From a virus: DNA of 64,000 nt. The notes below the pieces were generated by a model. It did not search any database, was not told the DNA's origin, and was given only the letters and a program-made list of their open reading frames with translations. This document shows positions 18,991-28,555 of the stretch, piece by piece. Position 1 is the stretch's first letter; each line of letters starts with the position of its first letter. The position numbers were made by a program, and so were the translations under genes. The DNA is taken from positions 7,518-71,517 of IMG/VR virus record IMGVR_UViG_3300029231_000002; one strand, given 5' to 3'.

Positions 18991-19476
18991 TTAAAGTAGG
19001 TTAAGGTAGGTTTCATCTTGATCATACTCCTCATCCTCCTCATCCTCATCCTTCATAACAATGCAATACTCCTCAATGATCTGAGAAAGACTATTTTTTA
19101 CCTCTATTTTTTGAATCTTATGTTTATTGTCTATAACAAATATTATATAATTGCCAATCCATGCTAGCACATCTATATTACCTATATTATCTAGACTACC
19201 ATTGTGTATATGCATACTCATTGCACTCTCATGGGAGCATGTAATATGTGCCTCTAGACCAAATTTATTTAAATATTTTATGAGTTTACTCAAATTATCC
19301 CCTGTAAAGTGTAATGCATATATTTTATTACTTTGAGGTTTATACTGTAGTTTAAAGAATTTACTATCATCCATATTGTAGTCCCTCCTATTTAATGATT
19401 TCATATTTTTCTTGGAATTCTGTAGGGGATAAATTATAATCCAAAATACTAATGCTGCCATCTGACTGAAAATCAA
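18991..19476 (-). CDS. hypothetical acidic protein
   Basis: 161 aa with a DEDEEDEE tail. Confidence 0.5.
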   Translation of the reverse strand: MIFSQMAALVFWIIIYPLQNSKKNMKSLNRRDYNMDDSKFFKLQYKPQSNKIYALHFTGDNLSKLIKYLNKFGLEAHITCSHESAMSMHIHNGSLDNIGNIDVLAWIGNYIIFVIDNKHKIQKIEVKNSLSQIIEEYCIVMKDEDEEDEEYDQDETYLNLL

Positions 19477-19495
19477 GTACTATATACCTACCTTC

Positions 19496-20011
19496 CTATA
19501 CACGAATCACCTCATATTTATACCTACCCATGCGAAAGAAAAGACGCCCCCAAACTTTTGAAATTTCAGTATGGTTACCATGGTTAATAAATAAATCTAC
19601 GAAAATATTGACATTCCCCGGACTCAATAATAATGCCCTAATATCCCCACTATTATGTGGTTCTAAGGTTACAGTAGCTCTGCTTCTATTGAAGTTTAAG
19701 ATTTTATACTCATTTTGAATTTCACTTAACTCCAGACCTATACTTAGTATACGTAACTTTTCACATTTAGCATCCTCGAAATCAGTATTAAAAGGATAAG
19801 AATATACTACATAACGATCTGCCAATAGCATATAAGATGAATCCTGGTGTGTAATATCTAAAGTTGGATACACATCTGAATCGTTATTAACGTTAAATTT
19901 TATGCTATACTTTCTGAATAATCTGTAAATATCATACATATTCTCCCCAGTATATTGCATTGCCTGATAAATTCTTTCTACTTTTGGTTTTACATCTATT
20001 AGTCCTTTCAT
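19496..20011 (-). CDS. hypothetical protein, paralogue of 20013..20678
   Basis: KPKVERIYQAMQYTGENMYDIYRLF aligns with KPKVEIVYQAIKYTGDNIHDIYRIF in 20013..20678. Confidence 0.5.
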   Translation of the reverse strand: MKGLIDVKPKVERIYQAMQYTGENMYDIYRLFRKYSIKFNVNNDSDVYPTLDITHQDSSYMLLADRYVVYSYPFNTDFEDAKCEKLRILSIGLELSEIQNEYKILNFNRSRATVTLEPHNSGDIRALLLSPGNVNIFVDLFINHGNHTEISKVWGRLFFRMGRYKYEVIRV

Positions 20012-20012
20012 C

Positions 20013-20678
20013 TTACTTTACCTCCTCTTCAACAATTTCATATCTCTCCTGAAATTCTGTAGGGGATAAATCGTACTCTATAATACTAATTGATCTATCT
20101 GGTCTAAATCTAAATACTATATAATTATTTTGATGTAACTCAACCCCATCGCAACTAAGTTCAGATAAGTTAAGTACAAGTCTATTCCCCCTATATGTTG
20201 AAAGGTTAGCAATGTAATTTCCAGTGAAAAACAGGTCTAAGAAAATATTTACGGTTTTCCAATTAAATGGCAATGCCCTAAGCCCCTCCATAACCGTGGG
20301 TTTTATGCTTAGATTATGCATAGGCTTATCAAACGATATAATTTCAAACTTATTTTTAATTTCATTTATATTTTCTGCTACTGCTCGTATACATACATTA
20401 TCAGGTATATCCCGGTTAACATAATAAGAAAATATTATATACTTACCTACTGTTAAATAATAATTCGCATTATGATCTTTAATTCTTAAAATTAGATCCC
20501 CATCCCATTCATCTTCAATATTGAATTTTATTTCACGTCCCTTGAATATTCTATAAATATCATGTATATTGTCCCCAGTATATTTTATTGCCTGATAAAC
20601 TATTTCTACTTTTGGTTTTACACGTAAGATTTCTTCCAGATTTCCCGGACTCTCTTTTTCAGTTACTAAAGTTTTCAT
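20013..20678 (-). CDS. hypothetical protein, paralogue of 19496..20011
   Basis: 221 aa. Tandem duplicate of 19496..20011. Confidence 0.5.
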   Translation of the reverse strand: MKTLVTEKESPGNLEEILRVKPKVEIVYQAIKYTGDNIHDIYRIFKGREIKFNIEDEWDGDLILRIKDHNANYYLTVGKYIIFSYYVNRDIPDNVCIRAVAENINEIKNKFEIISFDKPMHNLSIKPTVMEGLRALPFNWKTVNIFLDLFFTGNYIANLSTYRGNRLVLNLSELSCDGVELHQNNYIVFRFRPDRSISIIEYDLSPTEFQERYEIVEEEVK

Positions 20679-20744
20679 TTTTGCATTCTCCTTTCAAATT
20701 TCCTAATTTTAACTAAAATTTTGTAGTCAAATATTTTTACATAT

Positions 20745-20757
20745 TTTTCTACAATAT
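20745..20757 (-). promoter_or_regulatory. conserved extended -10 motif (TGGTATAAGTATAT), copy 3
   Basis: About 70 nt upstream of the 20013..20678 start. Confidence 0.4.
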
Positions 20758-20776
20758 ACTTATACCAATTTTATTA

Positions 20777-21160
20777 TCAGGTAATAATTGTGTAATTTTT
20801 ATTGAATTCCTCATAAAGCGAGATCTCCTGGGTCCCGTCTTCCATTTCTACTATAACATATTTTTCTGGATCTATCAGTATAAATTCATCTGACATAAAT
20901 ACCCTTACAAAATATTTATTATTTTTATAGATTACAGATGCTCTATATGTAATTTTTAATTTCTTTAACCATACTAATGGATCAGAATTAAAAATTACTA
21001 CACATTTTTCTTTTGAACGCATTGCAGTATACTGCGAACCTGCAGAAGACGTCCTTTTTAATTTCCGTGACTCAGATGCTGTATTGGCTAAATCAGAAAT
21101 CCCATGTACAGCATAGAATAATAGTATCGCACAGATTAAAAATCCTATAAAACTTAACAT
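20777..21160 (-). CDS. membrane protein
   Basis: 127 aa with an N-terminal TM segment. Confidence 0.5.
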   Translation of the reverse strand: MLSFIGFLICAILLFYAVHGISDLANTASESRKLKRTSSAGSQYTAMRSKEKCVVIFNSDPLVWLKKLKITYRASVIYKNNKYFVRVFMSDEFILIDPEKYVIVEMEDGTQEISLYEEFNKNYTIIT

Positions 21161-21173
21161 AATGTTACCTCCT

Positions 21174-21713
21174 TTAGAAACCAGTAAACTCTGTTACTTT
21201 ATAATAAGAGTCTTTGACAGATCTTGTTATGGACGCTTCCTTTATTACCTCAACGTCATCAGATATTATAACGAGATCCCCCTTGACTATATGGATACCT
21301 GCACCAACTATTTGAAGTTCATTATCCACTACTGTTATTGTACACCCGTATATCTCAGGTATAGTTTTTAAAATTGTTTCAAAAGTCTGTCCTGTAGCCC
21401 GTATCATAATCGCTGTATTTGATTTCTTGCATATGTGACTAACTAAGTTGGTTCGTGTACTGTAAGCAAGAGTACGTACATAGTTATCTGATGTACCTAA
21501 TTTTCTAAACATCTCTATACCTACTAGACTAGTAAATACTAGTATGTAATATAATACATACTCTAACGTACTTGAAATATCAACAGCACAATTGATTATT
21601 GCTACGATCAAAACGGTAGAAACTAATATAAATAATAGATCAGATATACTAAAGTCTAAGAAATATTTAAAATTATAATATGCGCGTTTAAATTTAAATT
21701 TTAAGTTATTCAT
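21174..21713 (-). CDS. membrane protein
   Basis: 179 aa with two TM segments. Confidence 0.5.
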   Translation of the reverse strand: MNNLKFKFKRAYYNFKYFLDFSISDLLFILVSTVLIVAIINCAVDISSTLEYVLYYILVFTSLVGIEMFRKLGTSDNYVRTLAYSTRTNLVSHICKKSNTAIMIRATGQTFETILKTIPEIYGCTITVVDNELQIVGAGIHIVKGDLVIISDDVEVIKEASITRSVKDSYYKVTEFTGF

Positions 21714-21721
21714 ACTTCACC

Positions 21722-22174
21722 TCATAATTCCCCAATACTTTTCTCAATTATAATATATACAGAAAAATCTGCGTAAGAATAAATATGAAAACTATTAAGT
21801 ACTATATCCTCGGGAACATATACAATATTTCTAATACAATAATGGGGATATAACCTTTCTGCTAATTCACGTGCAACTAAATCTACTTCTTCTGGTGTAG
21901 GAGAACTCCGTAATTGTACATATCTCCGTCTAATTACTTCAGAAGTTTTATTTGTATCGTTTAATTCTACTAAAACTTTCTGCACACTTTTATTAGGTGT
22001 AACAATCTGGTTCTCATAATTATCAAAGGTTAACTTCGTTTTTTCAAACTCCTCAACCCTAGCTGCACGTTTATCCAAATCCACGGATTTATTCCTTGAT
22101 GAAACTGTATTATCCTTACATCCAATTAAAGTAATCATTGTAATACATAATAATATAGCTATTACTAAGCCCAC
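21722..22174 (-). CDS. putative lipoprotein
   Basis: Signal peptide with lipobox LIGC. Confidence 0.5.
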   Translation of the reverse strand: MGLVIAILLCITMITLIGCKDNTVSSRNKSVDLDKRAARVEEFEKTKLTFDNYENQIVTPNKSVQKVLVELNDTNKTSEVIRRRYVQLRSSPTPEEVDLVARELAERLYPHYCIRNIVYVPEDIVLNSFHIYSYADFSVYIIIEKSIGEL

Positions 22175-22186
22175 CCTTACTTTTTT

Positions 22187-22450
22187 TCATTTAAATATTC
22201 CCATCCAATCTACCACACAGGCTGTTGATATTCCTAGTATTAAGCACAAAAGTACTTTAACATCATCAAACCCCCACCCCAAACAACTTCCACAATCTGA
22301 ATAATGATAATTATAATTTGGGTGCTTACAGGAAAGTATACATGAATCCTTAATTATACAATGATAACAGCATGTATGGTCTCCACAGAAATTAGCACAG
22401 CCGTATCTACATTTTCTAACTTTAAACAATTTTCTAAACAAACTCGTCAT
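22187..22450 (-). CDS. Cys-rich small protein with C-terminal TM
   Basis: 87 aa, more than 12 Cys. RBS AGGGAGGA upstream. Confidence 0.5.
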   Translation of the reverse strand: MTSLFRKLFKVRKCRYGCANFCGDHTCCYHCIIKDSCILSCKHPNYNYHYSDCGSCLGWGFDDVKVLLCLILGISTACVVDWMGIFK

Positions 22451-22467
22451 TTAAAAATCATCCTCCC

Positions 22468-22500
22468 TAATAAAGAAAGAGCCCCGGATAGCCGGAGCTC
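22468..22500 (-). terminator. rho-independent terminator
   Basis: Hairpin GAGCTCCGG-CTAT-CCGGGGCTC with TTTCTTTATT downstream on the minus strand, directly after the stop at 22506. Confidence 0.5.
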
Positions 22501-22505
22501 TCTAA

Positions 22506-23390
22506 TTATTTCTTCTTTGATTCTCGTACAGCTCTGCGTTCAGCCTTGATTTTCTCTGCACGCTCTGCTATCTTTTCTTCTAGAGTTTTTCTACGTCTGG
22601 TAGGTTTTGGGATTTCAATTTTAAAGCCAGATCCACTGCCTTCAGTACCTGCTTTCGATTTCGTACTGGTACTGTCAGCCGCTTTTTCGCTTTCTCCAGT
22701 TCCTGCCTTTGATCTTCGTCCAGGTTTGCTCGCTTTAACTCGAGTAGAACTATCTTCAGATTTATTTCCGGGATCTTGCTCGTTATGTCCCAGTACAGAT
22801 TCTTCTTTAGTTCTTTTAATTCTTTTTGATTGAACTGTTCTCGTAGAAGCTCCGCAGTCCCCACTATCCCCTTCTCGGCTAGTATGTGTTCTAACGCTTC
22901 TCTCATTTTTTGCGCTGCTTCCAGTGTTCCTAGATTCGAGACTATAGGAGAAGGGTGGGTAGAGGAATCCTCGGTCAAATTCTTCTTTTGGGACGTTGCA
23001 GGCGAGGTGGATGGCTCCAGCCAAAAAGTCTGGAATGCGTCGTAAACAGCTTTCACAAATTTTACGATTTTCAATTTTACACGCCCTCTCATCTATTTTG
23101 ATTTGGAGGCTAAAGTCTCGTATTCCTTTACTCCCTGCTTTATAAGTTCTTCTACATATATGGCAGGATACCATGGAAATATTTGAGTCACTACTTTCTC
23201 CAGATTTTTTCTTACTTCTGGACTGTACGGATTGAACTCCGGCAGCAGCATCGGTAACGACTGTATCAGCCTTATTACCAGCTCGTCGTCTTGCAGCAGG
23301 TACTCGGACGTCTGCAGTTTCACACTTGACTTCTGTGGTGTTTGATATTCCAATGTCGGTAGTGGTACTGGTTTTTTTGCTTCTTCCCAT
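22506..23390 (-). CDS. K/R/S/T-rich low-complexity protein, or -1 frame C-terminal extension of 23093..24109
   Basis: Open for 294 codons and ends right at the terminator. Overlaps the upstream gene by 297 nt in the -1 frame. See findings. Confidence 0.35.
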   Translation of the reverse strand: MGRSKKTSTTTDIGISNTTEVKCETADVRVPAARRRAGNKADTVVTDAAAGVQSVQSRSKKKSGESSDSNISMVSCHICRRTYKAGSKGIRDFSLQIKIDERACKIENRKICESCLRRIPDFLAGAIHLACNVPKEEFDRGFLYPPFSYSLESRNTGSSAKNERSVRTHTSREGDSGDCGASTRTVQSKRIKRTKEESVLGHNEQDPGNKSEDSSTRVKASKPGRRSKAGTGESEKAADSTSTKSKAGTEGSGSGFKIEIPKPTRRRKTLEEKIAERAEKIKAERRAVRESKKK

Positions 23391-24109
23391 ATACGTTTTC
23401 TCTCCTTCTCTTCCTTCGCTTTCTTCAAGCTAAGGCGACGTTTGGTTTCCTTGATGTGGCGATAAACAGCATTGGCTGGATTTGCTTTATCAAGGACTTC
23501 AATTTTTATCGCTGCTATATACGCCTGAAGCTTTTGAAGCAATTCCGTAGGAGGAACTTTGTTAAGCTGATCTCTAAATTCATTCTTCGTGTGCCCGCTG
23601 CCTGTCCGTACTATCCCACGTTCCTCAAGATACTCAATGAGATACGCGGTCAGTATGTCTATACACGTATTACATAATGGTTCTACCGGATACAATTTTA
23701 CTCCGTTTATTGTAATCTCACTGTTCCACTCAGGGAACATCGTGTTGGTACGAATCTCATTGTGATCCTCTGCAACACAGTATTTACGAGTGGTAGTCAG
23801 CACTTTCTTTGACTGGAGCTCTGCTTCCAAAGCCCTAAATTGTTTAAACGCGCAATACTTGCATACCGTACCTGCTATTGCATCTTTTTGACGTAATAGA
23901 TTGTGACATATCGCGCACCGCAATTCCTTATCCGCAGGTATTACAGGTGCATCAAACGCTGCAGTTTCAGCAGCGATATGCTCGGTCTTTTCAGGCACAA
24001 CAGCAAGATCGACCCCCGCTTCATCCAGATCCAGCTCCTCTGAAAGCCCCGCATCGCTAACTTCGCCCAAGTCATCATTTATCACTATATCATTTTTTGT
24101 ATCTTCCAT
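23093..24109 (-). CDS. hypothetical protein with Cys pairs (CAICHN...CKYCAF)
   Basis: 338-aa ORF. Confidence 0.55.
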   Translation of the reverse strand: MEDTKNDIVINDDLGEVSDAGLSEELDLDEAGVDLAVVPEKTEHIAAETAAFDAPVIPADKELRCAICHNLLRQKDAIAGTVCKYCAFKQFRALEAELQSKKVLTTTRKYCVAEDHNEIRTNTMFPEWNSEITINGVKLYPVEPLCNTCIDILTAYLIEYLEERGIVRTGSGHTKNEFRDQLNKVPPTELLQKLQAYIAAIKIEVLDKANPANAVYRHIKETKRRLSLKKAKEEKERKRIWEEAKKPVPLPTLEYQTPQKSSVKLQTSEYLLQDDELVIRLIQSLPMLLPEFNPYSPEVRKNLEKVVTQIFPWYPAIYVEELIKQGVKEYETLASKSK

Positions 24110-24405
24110 ACTTAACCTCCAACCAGTTATAACCGGTTTTGAAAACTATAGACATGCCTCTCTTAGCTCCATACTTGACCTACAGTATTGGTCTAAATCG
24201 TCTCGCGAAGAAGTTACCCTGTCTCGACCTAAATCTCCTCTGAGGTGAAATATGAATGCTAGAGATACATATCTACTCCCCATCTTACTTAGAGAGGCGT
24301 TTACATTCCCGGCATAAAAATTCGTCCGGGTTTTTCGGTTTACTGGGGTCATCTTCTTTATATGATATCATGCGATTGCATTTTTTGCACTTCGCAATCT
24401 TGATT

Positions 24406-25125
24406 CTATTTTCTATCGATTGTACTACATCTTGCTCCATAGAGCGATCTTCTCCTTTCTTTTATAAGTCCAAATTGAGCACAAGGTTTCTCTTCCATAC
24501 ACGCACCATGCCGTACGCATTTAGGATAAAAGAACTTACTAAGCTCTGGCTCTGCTTCTGCTACTAAAGCCACCATCTTACGTGTAACATCCTGGATCTC
24601 CCACTGGGCATGGCTGCATAACCTTTCATTTGCCAGGTTTATCAGTGCCTCCAGGGTAAACGAAATATTCATTGCAGTTTGAGAGCCCTGCCCAATAATA
24701 TAACGGGCATCTGATCTGGGAATCTTGTATTCCTCTATCAGTATATTATAAACCTCCTTGCAATGCGCTTCTGCTCTAATAAACAGATCCCTGGCGTCTT
24801 CGTTTTGAGCTATACTCTCGGGCATTACATACTCCTGGCTGGTATCTAAAACCTGGAATACCCCGGATGCCTGATTGATAGCCACACCCACACTATGCCG
24901 TACAAGCTGGTGCGAACAGACACGGCTGCACCCATCTACCATAAATCTAAACATAAAGTCTCTGCTTGCTGAAAAGTGACCCGCATTTATTACGCTAAGC
25001 CCTATGCGTTTATATACATCATCAGTTTTCTCTTCACTGCTTTTGCAGATATTAGCAAATCTACCCACTCTTGCTAAAAAACCTTTAATCTCGTCCGCAT
25101 TCTTCAATATTACCGTTGCACTCAT
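24406..25125 (-). CDS. thyX: flavin-dependent thymidylate synthase ThyX
   Basis: CSRVCSHQLVRHS... and the SHAQWEI signature, recalled from memory. Size 239 aa. Confidence 0.7.
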   Translation of the reverse strand: MSATVILKNADEIKGFLARVGRFANICKSSEEKTDDVYKRIGLSVINAGHFSASRDFMFRFMVDGCSRVCSHQLVRHSVGVAINQASGVFQVLDTSQEYVMPESIAQNEDARDLFIRAEAHCKEVYNILIEEYKIPRSDARYIIGQGSQTAMNISFTLEALINLANERLCSHAQWEIQDVTRKMVALVAEAEPELSKFFYPKCVRHGACMEEKPCAQFGLIKERRRSLYGARCSTIDRK

Positions 25126-25265
25126 GCTCCGTCAGCTCCTTCTCCCTGCAATAATAAGTTGGAGGCCTGCCTGCTGCATACTCCCAACAGTACAGACACC
25201 TCCATTTCACTATTGTCCCTGGTTCTTTTATATCCCTATACTTGCAGTCGTTACACCATTTCATT

Positions 25266-25508
25266 TTACCTGAACAGACTCTTTACTGCCTGCGCTCCTT
25301 TGACAATCAAATCAATTAAATCATTACTGGCCTCTACTTTAGTGCTCGTATTATTTTTACTCGCTTTAAGCGATAAATCACAGATTACATTGTCTGACGC
25401 CGTTTCTACAGGCACTTCATTTTTACATTGCTCTTTTTCTCCTGGCATCCCTGCGTTCCCTCTCTTTCTTTTTATCGATGGTCCTAATATATGCTTCAAA
25501 TTTCTCAT
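25266..25508 (-). CDS. hypothetical small protein
   Basis: 80 aa. Competes with a plus-strand ORF. Minus strand preferred by context. Confidence 0.3.
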   Translation of the reverse strand: MRNLKHILGPSIKRKRGNAGMPGEKEQCKNEVPVETASDNVICDLSLKASKNNTSTKVEASNDLIDLIVKGAQAVKSLFR

Positions 25509-25684
25509 CTTTATGCCAATTATTGATTAATGAATTTCTTTGAACTTTTTTGCTAATTTTCTGTTTATTCATAACTATTTATCTCCATATACACACTTTA
25601 TTATATACGTAAAACAAATAAACATTACACACCAAACTATACACTCATATACATTCATTTCCATTTCAATACTATCTCCTAATA

Positions 25685-26233
25685 TTATTTATTACGCTTC
25701 TTTACGCAATCTGCAATACTGAATCCCCCTGTTTTTTTTGTATCATCTGTTACAAGTGTTACATTCTCTACTGATTTTAAATTACGCAGATATTCTTGCT
25801 CCCGCTTTTTCGTCTCTATGATACTCTTCTTTTCCTGTAGGCTTAGCTCTGCGTCCTTTTGTCTAAACTGTTCATAAATCTCTTTCTCTCTAGAACTTAA
25901 ATCATTGAGTTTCGATTTGTCCTCGAAAAATAATATCCGTTGAGGAGTCCACTCATTTACCAGAAAATTATTGTAAAATAATTTCAGATACATCTTACAT
26001 ACATAACAGGCATTGATTACCGCTACTGTCGCGGAAGTCAAGCCTGTCAGATATAAATTGATGCCCGTGATCCCCTCGGCTTTCCAGGCTAACAGTCGTC
26101 TCTCTGCCGCTTGCTGGAAAGCAATGAAGTCAAGGGGAGACCATGATTTGTCCTTACCAAATACATAGTCCGTCACATAATCTGGAAATAGATGCCGGTC
26201 CTCAAACAACGCTACGTTCTTAACTACCATCAT
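25685..26233 (-). CDS. hypothetical protein
   Basis: 182-aa ORF. Confidence 0.5.
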   Translation of the reverse strand: MMVVKNVALFEDRHLFPDYVTDYVFGKDKSWSPLDFIAFQQAAERRLLAWKAEGITGINLYLTGLTSATVAVINACYVCKMYLKLFYNNFLVNEWTPQRILFFEDKSKLNDLSSREKEIYEQFRQKDAELSLQEKKSIIETKKREQEYLRNLKSVENVTLVTDDTKKTGGFSIADCVKKRNK

Positions 26234-26294
26234 TCTTAATAATCACCTCCTTCCAATACAACTTCAGTAATAAAATATAGGTAATTACTACCCT

Positions 26295-26306
26295 ATTACT
26301 TATACC
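26295..26306 (-). promoter_or_regulatory. conserved motif copy 4 (AGGTATAAGTAAT), upstream of 25685..26233
   Basis: Motif identity. The TG of the extended -10 is replaced by AG in this copy. Confidence 0.35.
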
Positions 26307-26308
26307 TC

Positions 26309-27094
26309 TCAGCCAATCCTACGCAGGTAAGAGATAGCCGAGGTATTCAATGCAGCATAGGATTCCAGGATATTTTTCAGCGTCTCACACATGTCATCTG
26401 TTACAATGATCTTGGATTCCAGCAAATACTTTACTCTTGAAATACTCATCTTATGGATCAGCAAAGCATCGTTGTCTTCTTTGTCTATCGAGTGTGCCGC
26501 TTCATACGCATCGTACACATCCTGTAAATATTCCTTACAGGTTCTTAAAAGTAAATCCCCTGCTTCCAAAAGTTCCGTAGTCATACCCAGGACACTCACA
26601 AGCGTCAAATCATTAGCGTTCTTAAAGCTGTCGATCTTAGCCTGAACTGCTTTACACTCGTTGTTTATAGCCGAAGTAATAGCATCCAAAAACTTATCAG
26701 TTTTAAATACCTCTGGTACACATTCAGTAACCTGACGCAGGTTAGTCATTGCTAAAAAGCTTGATACTGATTTTTCTTTGTTATATGTAAACGTCCATAC
26801 AAGCCTGTTGCCTGTATACTTACACGCAGGTAAACCGAGAAACTCCGCTACCCCCGGGTCTGTTATGCATACATCAGAAAAACAAATTTGGTCAGTGCAT
26901 CCTGCCACAATACTTCCATTCAGTAAATGCACATTCAGCATAAATGTACGCGGAGTTTCTCCTACGTCCAGATTAGTTTCATTGGTATTTGATATTACCC
27001 GAGCATACTTGAATGGTGCAAAATCTGTTAATACGAAATTTCTTCCTGTATATTTACCTGTAATTATTGTTCCTGTTTCTTTAATCGTTGCCAT
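26309..27094 (-). CDS. hypothetical protein
   Basis: 261-aa ORF. Confidence 0.55.
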   Translation of the reverse strand: MATIKETGTIITGKYTGRNFVLTDFAPFKYARVISNTNETNLDVGETPRTFMLNVHLLNGSIVAGCTDQICFSDVCITDPGVAEFLGLPACKYTGNRLVWTFTYNKEKSVSSFLAMTNLRQVTECVPEVFKTDKFLDAITSAINNECKAVQAKIDSFKNANDLTLVSVLGMTTELLEAGDLLLRTCKEYLQDVYDAYEAAHSIDKEDNDALLIHKMSISRVKYLLESKIIVTDDMCETLKNILESYAALNTSAISYLRRIG

Positions 27095-27118
27095 TATAAA
27101 TTCCTCCTTTTGTAGTAA

Positions 27119-28555
27119 TTATAGCATACCTAGTCGCATTAAGTCAATTGGTCCAAAATTGTATAAATTGTTTTTTTGTATTCCATACTGATTATCCATC
27201 CTATGTTCCCCTATAGTAACATATCTTGTGTAAGCCTCATGATAATAATACCATGCAAACTTTGATACAACAAAGGTATGCAAAGCTGAAATATCAATAT
27301 AATTTACTTCTTTCTTAATAAAATAGTTATGCAAAGCTTCTGCAGCCTCAATTATTTTATCCAGTATTTTTAGGTCCTCACTTTTATCAGTTCCTGTTAT
27401 AACCATATTATTATGGTTATATAGTTTTCTAAACTCCTCCATGATTTTACTAAACCCTTGATCATTCCCAATTGATATCCCTGAAAAGAAAAGACGAATA
27501 AAGTTTTCATGCAGGGTAAATGGTAATGATTCTACCAATTCGGTATCATGGTCGCCCAAATACGATAATGCAGTATAGTTTCCGTTAATAAAACTGATAC
27601 AACCTCGCACTCCTGTAGTTTCACTATGCAGTATTTCAAAAAGCGTATCATAAAATACCTCTAAAAACACAGCAAAATCTGCATTAGTTGCATACGTTTC
27701 TTTGCTTTTTATTTTCATTAATTCAATCCAATTTTTAAAACATTTTAAACATAGATTTTCATAAATACAAACACTAATTAGGCCCTCTATAATACAATAA
27801 ATAGCTACATTCATACCTGGGGGTTTATTGTCCGCAGTTATTCCTCTACTTAAATCATTTAGCAGCATTTGACATCCATCGGCATCTAATATTGCATTAT
27901 AGACAGAACTTCCATCTCTAGCAGTATGATTAAAGTTATAGGCAGAATAATCTCGATTATATAGGTATTCCAAATTTAGTGTATATACTTTTAAATCTGG
28001 GCGATCACAAAAAATTATTTCACGAAGCGCTGGCTGTAAAAATATGGTATCTCCATTATCCCTTTCTATTACTATATTTTCTGTTTTCAATGCTTCTATA
28101 ACTTCAGTTATTCCCAAAGGCAAGTATACACCAGCGTCGTCAAGTAACTCACCTAATTCCAGTATTTTGTTATTAAGTCCTACCAGTTCAGATTTATTGA
28201 GCGAGGCATCTAATATATCAAAAATCTCAGGTAACGAAAGATCCTTATTTAAAAATTCTTGGATACGGTGCTGAAGCATATCAACCCGGTCAAATATTAA
28301 AGTATCTTCCTCTAGGTTAAAATACTTGCACAGATTCTTAGATGTAATATTTTTGGGTATACCATCGAGTTTGAATCCCCAATAAAATGGTAATACACCT
28401 GTTATATTTATTGTTTCTGGAATTATCTTTAAGCTTAAACGATCAACTATAGTCGAGCTATCTACTCTTCTTTCAGTTATAAATGCTGAACTCAGTGTCC
28501 TAGTCTCTACAGGTGATGCTACTTTATGTTCCCATTTTTGACCTTTATAACTCAT
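27119..28555 (-). CDS. hypothetical large protein
   Basis: 478 aa. No recognisable motif. Confidence 0.55.
   Translation of the reverse strand: MSYKGQKWEHKVASPVETRTLSSAFITERRVDSSTIVDRLSLKIIPETINITGVLPFYWGFKLDGIPKNITSKNLCKYFNLEEDTLIFDRVDMLQHRIQEFLNKDLSLPEIFDILDASLNKSELVGLNNKILELGELLDDAGVYLPLGITEVIEALKTENIVIERDNGDTIFLQPALREIIFCDRPDLKVYTLNLEYLYNRDYSAYNFNHTARDGSSVYNAILDADGCQMLLNDLSRGITADNKPPGMNVAIYCIIEGLISVCIYENLCLKCFKNWIELMKIKSKETYATNADFAVFLEVFYDTLFEILHSETTGVRGCISFINGNYTALSYLGDHDTELVESLPFTLHENFIRLFFSGISIGNDQGFSKIMEEFRKLYNHNNMVITGTDKSEDLKILDKIIEAAEALHNYFIKKEVNYIDISALHTFVVSKFAWYYYHEAYTRYVTIGEHRMDNQYGIQKNNLYNFGPIDLMRLGML

Noticed and set aside
22580-23092. ORF 22580..23092 (170 aa) starting with ATG immediately after the TAG of 23093..24109
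   Set aside because: Not listed as a gene. It lies in the alternative frame of 22506..23390, which ends at the terminator. It has no SD. It may still be real, through read-through or reinitiation, and is left as an open question in findings.
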